Assembly (NCBI GenBank): GCA_964035575.1
Contig: OZ037836.1
Location: 248,001 to 312,000, forward strand
DNA: 64,000 nt
Direction: 5' to 3'
Source: Rhynchopus sp. YZ270_cl-10
Lineage: Eukaryota
Shown here: piece after piece, positions 58,254 through 64,000 of the stretch
Numbering within the stretch: the stretch's first letter is position 1
How the letters are laid out: each line of letters begins with the position of its first letter
The notes under the pieces: model-generated
Seen by the model: the letters and a program-made list of their open reading frames with translations, nothing else
Told to the model about the DNA's origin: nothing
Database searches by the model: none
Translations under genes and position numbers: made by a program

Positions 58254-60044
58254 TCACATGCACACACATTTGCACTCGGTATCGTGGCTACCGCCATAGT
58301 CATGCACACAGTCTGACACAACACTGCTCGATCCTGTAACGTTGATGCTGCTTGTACGTATTTTGCATGCCTTTAGGAAGTATCTCCCAATGCGCTGAAC
58401 AGTCGTCAACCCAGATAGGTCAAGTGTTTTCAACGCCCTGCAATTACAGAGAAAGTAGTCCCCCAGTTGTGTCACATTGTTCCACCCAGAAATATCCAGT
58501 GTGGTCAATGACGTGCAGTTGTAGAGAAAGTGCTCATCAACCCGCGTCACATTGTTCCACCCAGATAAGTCAAGGACTTGCAATGCTGTGCAGGAGGAGA
58601 GAAACGATTTCTCAATGTGTGCCACATTGTTCCACCCAGACAAGTCAAGTGTTCGCAATCTGGGGCAGTTGGAGAGGAAGGAGTGCCCTATTTGCGTCAC
58701 ATTGTTCCACCCAGAAATATCCAGTGTGGTCAATGAGGTGCAGGCGGAGAGAAAGTACTCATCAACCCGAGTCACATTGTTCCACCCAGATAAGTCAAGG
58801 GTTCGCAATGCTGTGCAGATGGAGAGAAAGTTCTTGTCAACCTGAGTCACATTGCTCCACCTAGACAAGTCAAGTGTTCGCAATGCTCTCATCTTCGAGA
58901 GAAAGAAGCCCTCAATATATGTGACATTGCTCCACCCAGATAAATCAAGAGTGTGCAATGAGGTGCAGAGCTTGAGAAAGGAGTAACCTACTGCAGTCAC
59001 ACCTGACACACCACTGAGATCAAGTTCTGAGAACCTGCCACCTTGTAAGAAGTGATTGGGGATCTCAGTAACAACCTCCGCCTGCAGAAACAAATGAATC
59101 AGCTTGGGATCTGTCAGACCTTTGAACCTCTCTCGCAATAAACGTTTTTAAAAATAGGATGGAACACCCCGTTCCGAAGAGGAATGCAGCCACCCCGAAA
59201 AAGTGGGGGTGTGTCGCCAGTCTGCGGTGAGAAACTCCTCCCTGAGTCAAAACTGCCGCTGGTTAGCGCTGGCTAAGGTTCCCTTTTCACCCGGTCACAA
59301 TCGAGTCTCGCTCCGTCGGCGTTGACTGCACTGCAAAGCCCCTTGGTCCACCGTCGTAAAAAGACACCACAAAAAGCGTAGGTAGGTGGGGGACCGGCAG
59401 GTTACAGACAGAGGCAGTACGGAGCTAAGGTGTCGGCGGTCGCGGGTTGCCGTGGAGGCCTGCCCCCCGTGGAGGTCTTGGGATCTGGGAGTTTTGTGGA
59501 AGTAATCGGCTCAGAGTACCCTGCATTCCATGCACGACTCGAGCTCCTTGTGGTAGGATATTGGGGTCCCGGGAAGCACCCTTCGCCCCGAGGTCCCACC
59601 ACCCCAGACAGTTTGTAGGTCTAAAAGCACAACGTACTTGTCCAGGACCTGGCCGCTCTTGGGTTCTCTCGAAAAAAAGATACTAATCCCGTACGCCCGT
59701 GCACCGCAAAAATGTGCTATGGGGGGCGGTCCGCCGTCGGGACCTTTGAACCTCTCTCGCGTCAGCCTTGTCTCACCCAAGTCACGAAGAGCTGCAATGG
59801 CGTCGTCCTTCTGCGACTTCGTCTTCACCAGCGTCTTCTTAGTCAGCACAACTGTGTCCCCAGCACTCAGCTGCGTGATGTAGTCTCCTTCGGCCAGCAG
59901 CTTCCCTCCGAAGCTCATGTCAAAGCCGTCTTCGCACAACTCTGCTGCAGACGCCACCTTCCGCCGTATGTCCGCAGTTGTATCATCCACACCCACCTCG
60001 ACTGTGTACTTCTCTCCGTCAAAGCTCTCCACACATATTTCCAT
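58254..60044 (-). pseudogene. Ubl-LRR-CaaX gene D interrupted by a 604-bp insertion (388 aa if the insertion is removed; could be functional if spliced)
   Basis: 5' part 60044-59761 (Ubl) and 3' part 59136-58254 (eight LRR units, CVCM) join in frame with no other lesion. Confidence 0.8.
59137..59740. mobile_element. 604-bp non-coding insertion with 20-bp target duplication (retroposon/SINE-like)
   Basis: Direct repeat gacctttgaacctctctcgc at 59117-59136 and 59741-59760; no TIRs; no clear poly(A). Confidence 0.85.
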
Positions 60045-60816
60045 GGTTTTGTGTCTCTCTGTTTTGTGCAAGTGTATCCAATTGGGGGTAAGAGTACGCA
60101 AGAGACAACAAACAGTTAGGGAGAGGTCTTTTGCTAATAAAATGATCATCCAGATGTGGTGAAACGCCATAAACTCCACAACCCCTACAAAGATACTCCG
60201 CAAGCCATGCATAGTGGGGCAAGACAAAGCAACCAAAAGAGGAAGAGGACAACTTGCAAGTGTGCAGAAGAGTGTTTGGAAGCTAAGGGTACAAAGGCAC
60301 TGCGTGAATTGCACCCACGTAGGGGCGAACGACCTTCGTGACCACATAAAACCCACATGAGCCCCATTAAGAGAGTGAACCGTTTTTGTTGTGTATTGTT
60401 TGTTGAAAACCTGCTTGCTGTAGTGACACCTGAGGATAAGCACCACTCTGCCGAGCTGCTTTATTTCATTATTTGTTTGTTGCCACAGTTGTGCAATCTC
60501 CAGTTGATGATTTACGCTTATATTCTCATTTGCTTTTTGTTCTTCGTAAAGTGGCCCCCTAATAAGTTGTCTCAAAATACAAAGCCCTCTCGTGACAGTG
60601 TCACCTCAATGTAATCTAGGCAGACTTTATCCCCATCCTCCTGTCCCTCAACCCCTTTCCCTGCTATATGCCTCCTATGTTTTTGTGTCTTTCTTTGTTT
60701 TGTAAAGTTTGTGCAGACGAGTAGAGTAGGCAGCACCTACCATCACCATCCCAACCTCCCTTTGTACCCTTCTTCCCGTCCTTCCCTTTATCCCCTCCCA
60801 CCAGCACACCACGTCG

Positions 60817-61090
60817 TCATTGTGCATGTCTCTGTCGTTTGTGGGATTGATCGGGGGATTCGTCTCTGCTGCGTTTCGGACATGCTTCAACCACAAGATG
60901 CCTCAGATCCTCTCTCTCCCTTACTGCGTCGGACACAGTACTGCTGCAGCCGGAAAGGTAAATACTCGTCAACGAAGTGCAGTTCTTAGCAAAACCCGTA
61001 CCTGACCCTCTATTGGTGTCTACGTACTGAACCTTGTTGAGTGGCGAGAGATCCAGGGTGGTTAAAGTCCTTAAACTTGTTGACGTGACC
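60817..61090 (-). pseudogene. 3' remnant of an LRR gene (non-CaaX, basic tail) abutting the LINE 3' end
   Basis: Translates as LRTLTTLDLSPLNKVQYV...FAKNCTSLTSIYLSGCSSTVSDAV...PKRSR..HKRQRHAQ, similar to the LRR C-cap of proteins A-D. Confidence 0.65.
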
Positions 61091-64000
61091 CATCCCCACC
61101 TTCTCAGATGAACTGAGAGGTGAGAAAGGCGCCACGTGACCACCTTCGTTATCGCGGGGCAAACCCGAGACGCCCCTGGGACGTGTCGTGGTGCCCTTTC
61201 CCGCAACAGGCCTGAGGAGACGCCAGCATCGGCAATCCGTCCTTCTTCCTCTTCCGTCCCGCCTGCACACATGCACCGCAAGCACCCCTCCCGTGGGCCA
61301 CACAGTTGTGGTGCTTCTGACAGCACTGCTTCATCGACACGTTCCCCGCACCCGCACACTGTCCGCACATCGAGAAGTTATGCACCTCACACGCCTCACG
61401 CGCCTCCACACAGTCACCCAAAATAAGCTCATCACAATGGTGCGTCGCACAACACGCCGTGATGGAGATGTTGTTGTGCTCGCAGTCCCCGCATCGCATC
61501 TTGGTGTGTATGTCACACACCCGCATGGCCCCCACCTTCCTCCTTACGTCCACACGCACAGCCGGTGTCTGCCGCCTGCGTGCCTCCTGTCGTCGAATCT
61601 GCTCTGCCGCAACTGCAGCTATCGCAGCTCTACTACGCACCTCCTCTGCCTGCTTCTGCTCTTCCTTCGCTTCCTTCCAGCGTTCGTTCTTTGCTGAGCG
61701 TTCTTCCGGAGTGGAAGTATGAGCCACATCCGCGTCGTCACCCCACCTCGCCTTCGTCTTTTCCTTTTGTCGGGAGAGTGCTCTCCGCGACGTCGCCTTC
61801 TCCTGCAACTCCTTCAGGTATCCTTCAACCCCCGCCGCATGCGTCAGCACAGGTCGCACAGAATACCCCGTCATGATCCCCGCACCCAGTTCCTGTAAGT
61901 GGTGCACCTCCCTCTTCTCCACTCCTTTCCATACGTCCCTTCCATGCGCCATAGTTTTCGCCGTCCGCATCATGGCACCAAAAGATTCGGCCCTCTTCAA
62001 CACCGTCTCACCCGGTACGTCCAACCCCGAGAAGATCTCAAAGTCCAGCATGAGCTCGAGCTGCGTGATGGGGGGCGTTGTGCCATCAGGCCAACGCAAT
62101 GCAGCGAGCCATGCCTTCAGCGCCCAGAAGTGGTCTTCCGTCCAGCGTGGACTCTTCTTCATGTACTTGCTCCCCCACAGTACGTTCTCCAGCGGGTTGT
62201 AGCTCTCAAGCACTGCACCCTCCTGAGGATTCCAGCCCCAAGGAAAAAGGGATTGGCCCACCACCGCCTGCTTCTTCTTCTTCTGCGAAAACCCATGTTC
62301 CACGTCGTACTTCTGCCTTGCCAGCGCGATGCTGACCAGCATCAGTTGCACACGACGCACCGTCTGCTCTCTCTCCGCAACACTCAGCTCCTGCAAGAAT
62401 ATCGTCGGCACCAGGCCAAAGTCCAAGAAGCACGGGGGTGCGTCTTTGAGCAAAACCCGGAGTTTTCCGATGTCCTCTCCACGAATTTCGTCCCACTGCG
62501 GGCACCACCACCAAGCGTGTCTCCGGTCCTCTATCGCCTCACCACAGTATCGGCACAACGAAGTCTCCACCTCCTTGTTCCTCAGCAGCTGCACCCCCAC
62601 CAACTGAGAGCCCGACAAGGCTCCGCGTATCGCGCCCGCCAGGTATCTGTCGGTCGTGCGGTCCTTCCACACTGCGTTCGTCGCCTGGCGATCCACACCT
62701 CCCTCAATGCCCTGCATCGACGGCCTCGTCGTCACTGTCAGGCGGTACGCGTGTGCACGGATGCCCTCTCTCAGCTCATGCAGCCATTTGCCCTTGTCCC
62801 ACAGACGAACGTGCACCCTCAACCCGATGTGTGTGGTCCAGAAGTCGAAGCTGCTCCACCGCCATCCGTATCGCTCCAGGTCGTCCCACAACAACTCTAT
62901 CACACCCTTCTTGTGCACTTCAGTTACCCTTGGGTTGGCAACCCCAGGGTTCTCGCGCCGGAGACGTGCCAGATCTGAAGCCCTGTCACGCCGCCTCACC
63001 TCCCGCTCCGCTCTTCGGTCATGTGCCAGCCTCCACACTTCTTCTGCTTCTCTCCGCATGCCGTCATCTTCTGTCAGTCGGAGAAAGGCCGCCATCCTCC
63101 TCTGCACAATCTCCGCTGGCGCATCAATCCCAACCGGAGATAACACATGCCACACAATGTTCAGCGTGCGCTGCTTCCTGCCCTGCCCCCAGACTGCCAG
63201 TGCTGCCCCTTGCCTCAGCGTCTCTATCGTCTGCTTCGAGAAGTCTGTCACTTCGCACCCATGCAACGCTGCCATCATTGGTCCCCTTGCGCCAATAAGT
63301 GCCTTCTCAGTGAAGGATAATGGCACACTCGAAACCCTCGTAAACACACGGTGCGCAGTAACCGCACGCTCACGCGCGATGGGCCCGAAGTTCCCCTTTC
63401 CAGCCAAAATGTCTGCTCCAACCGCCCCGAACTGCTTCTTGTCGGGGAAGAGCCCGTCGCCAAGTCCAAACTTCGTCTTTGTTCCCTCCTTCGAGGTAAA
63501 CCCTACGCACTTCTCTGCCTTGACCTCCATGTCCGCAGCAGTGATAAACTCCTTCGTCACCCTCGCAGCACCATGCACCTCCGCTTCCGTGTTCGCCACA
63601 GCATACACGTCGTCAGCGTACCCCATGGCGATTGCTCCGGTCCTTCTCGTCACTGCAGATCCCCACACCGCCATCAGCGCGTTCAACAGCACGACAGAAA
63701 GTGGGCATCCTTGCAGGATACCATTTGTCGTACGAAAGGTGCCTCCCACACCTACGTCTCCCAACTTGAAGCGGCGTTCCATGGCAGTGTACGCAGCCCT
63801 CAGTGGTCCAAGAATACGCCAGTGCGCGCCCCACTCCTCCGCCAGCGATAGCACAATCTCATGAGGTACACGATCGAAACATTTGGCGTAGTCGATCGTG
63901 AAGCCCCATACCTGGTCTGTGTCGTCACCCGACAGTACCGCCTTCTCCAGCTTGAGCGACAGATGCCAGTACAGGTGTGCAGTGCTGTGTCCTGCTCTGA
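61085..64000 (-). mobile_element. Non-LTR retrotransposon (LINE), 5' part outside window
   Basis: RT ORF plus short hairpin-forming 3' UTR; appears inserted in an LRR gene. Confidence 0.88.
61149..64000 (-). CDS. LINE reverse transcriptase ORF (partial, open to window edge)
   Basis: IDYAKCFDRV, GILQGCPLS and GYADD RT motifs; zf-RVT-like CRYC..EDRRHAWWWC; Cys/His-rich C-terminal repeats. Confidence 0.92.
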   Translation of the reverse strand, partial: RAGHSTAHLYWHLSLKLEKAVLSGDDTDQVWGFTIDYAKCFDRVPHEIVLSLAEEWGAHWRILGPLRAAYTAMERRFKLGDVGVGGTFRTTNGILQGCPLSVVLLNALMAVWGSAVTRRTGAIAMGYADDVYAVANTEAEVHGAARVTKEFITAADMEVKAEKCVGFTSKEGTKTKFGLGDGLFPDKKQFGAVGADILAGKGNFGPIARERAVTAHRVFTRVSSVPLSFTEKALIGARGPMMAALHGCEVTDFSKQTIETLRQGAALAVWGQGRKQRTLNIVWHVLSPVGIDAPAEIVQRRMAAFLRLTEDDGMRREAEEVWRLAHDRRAEREVRRRDRASDLARLRRENPGVANPRVTEVHKKGVIELLWDDLERYGWRWSSFDFWTTHIGLRVHVRLWDKGKWLHELREGIRAHAYRLTVTTRPSMQGIEGGVDRQATNAVWKDRTTDRYLAGAIRGALSGSQLVGVQLLRNKEVETSLCRYCGEAIEDRRHAWWWCPQWDEIRGEDIGKLRVLLKDAPPCFLDFGLVPTIFLQELSVAEREQTVRRVQLMLVSIALARQKYDVEHGFSQKKKKQAVVGQSLFPWGWNPQEGAVLESYNPLENVLWGSKYMKKSPRWTEDHFWALKAWLAALRWPDGTTPPITQLELMLDFEIFSGLDVPGETVLKRAESFGAMMRTAKTMAHGRDVWKGVEKREVHHLQELGAGIMTGYSVRPVLTHAAGVEGYLKELQEKATSRRALSRQKEKTKARWGDDADVAHTSTPEERSAKNERWKEAKEEQKQAEEVRSRAAIAAVAAEQIRRQEARRRQTPAVRVDVRRKVGAMRVCDIHTKMRCGDCEHNNISITACCATHHCDELILGDCVEAREACEVHNFSMCGQCAGAGNVSMKQCCQKHHNCVAHGRGACGACVQAGRKRKKDGLPMLASPQACCGKGHHDTSQGRLGFAPR

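Noticed and set aside
59511..60575. 354-aa ORF as a complete gene
   Set aside because: Chimera of upstream non-coding sequence, the Ubl part of gene D and read-through into the insertion.
61899..63864. Long plus-strand ORFs over the LINE
   Set aside because: Antisense shadows of the RT ORF.

Overview
This is eukaryotic genomic DNA, most likely from a euglenozoan such as a diplonemid. That assignment is inferred from the kinetoplastid-type HSP70 N-terminus, short GT-AG introns and the fact that all host genes lie on one strand. Host genes are all on the minus strand: (1) three mosaic Cys-rich/mucin-stalk type-I membrane protein genes (718-26197); (2) a 460-aa membrane protein with a possible lipoxygenase-like metal site; (3) a receptor-type adenylate-cyclase-like gene; (4) a cluster of ubiquitin-like + variable 25-aa LRR + CaaX genes (three intact, one interrupted by a 604-bp insertion with a 20-bp target duplication, plus a related LRR remnant beside a LINE); (5) an HSP70 lacking EEVD. 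Intergenic and intronic DNA is packed with nested TIR elements whose target-site duplications (TSDs) can be read directly. The 6.4-kb first intron of the largest gene holds a non-autonomous hAT-like shell containing an intact hAT transposase element and a second TIR element carrying an OTU-deubiquitinase-like ORF. The TIR elements repeatedly carry C-GNA-G mini-hairpin motifs. The window ends inside a non-LTR retrotransposon RT ORF. All homology calls are from motif recognition by eye; no searches were run.
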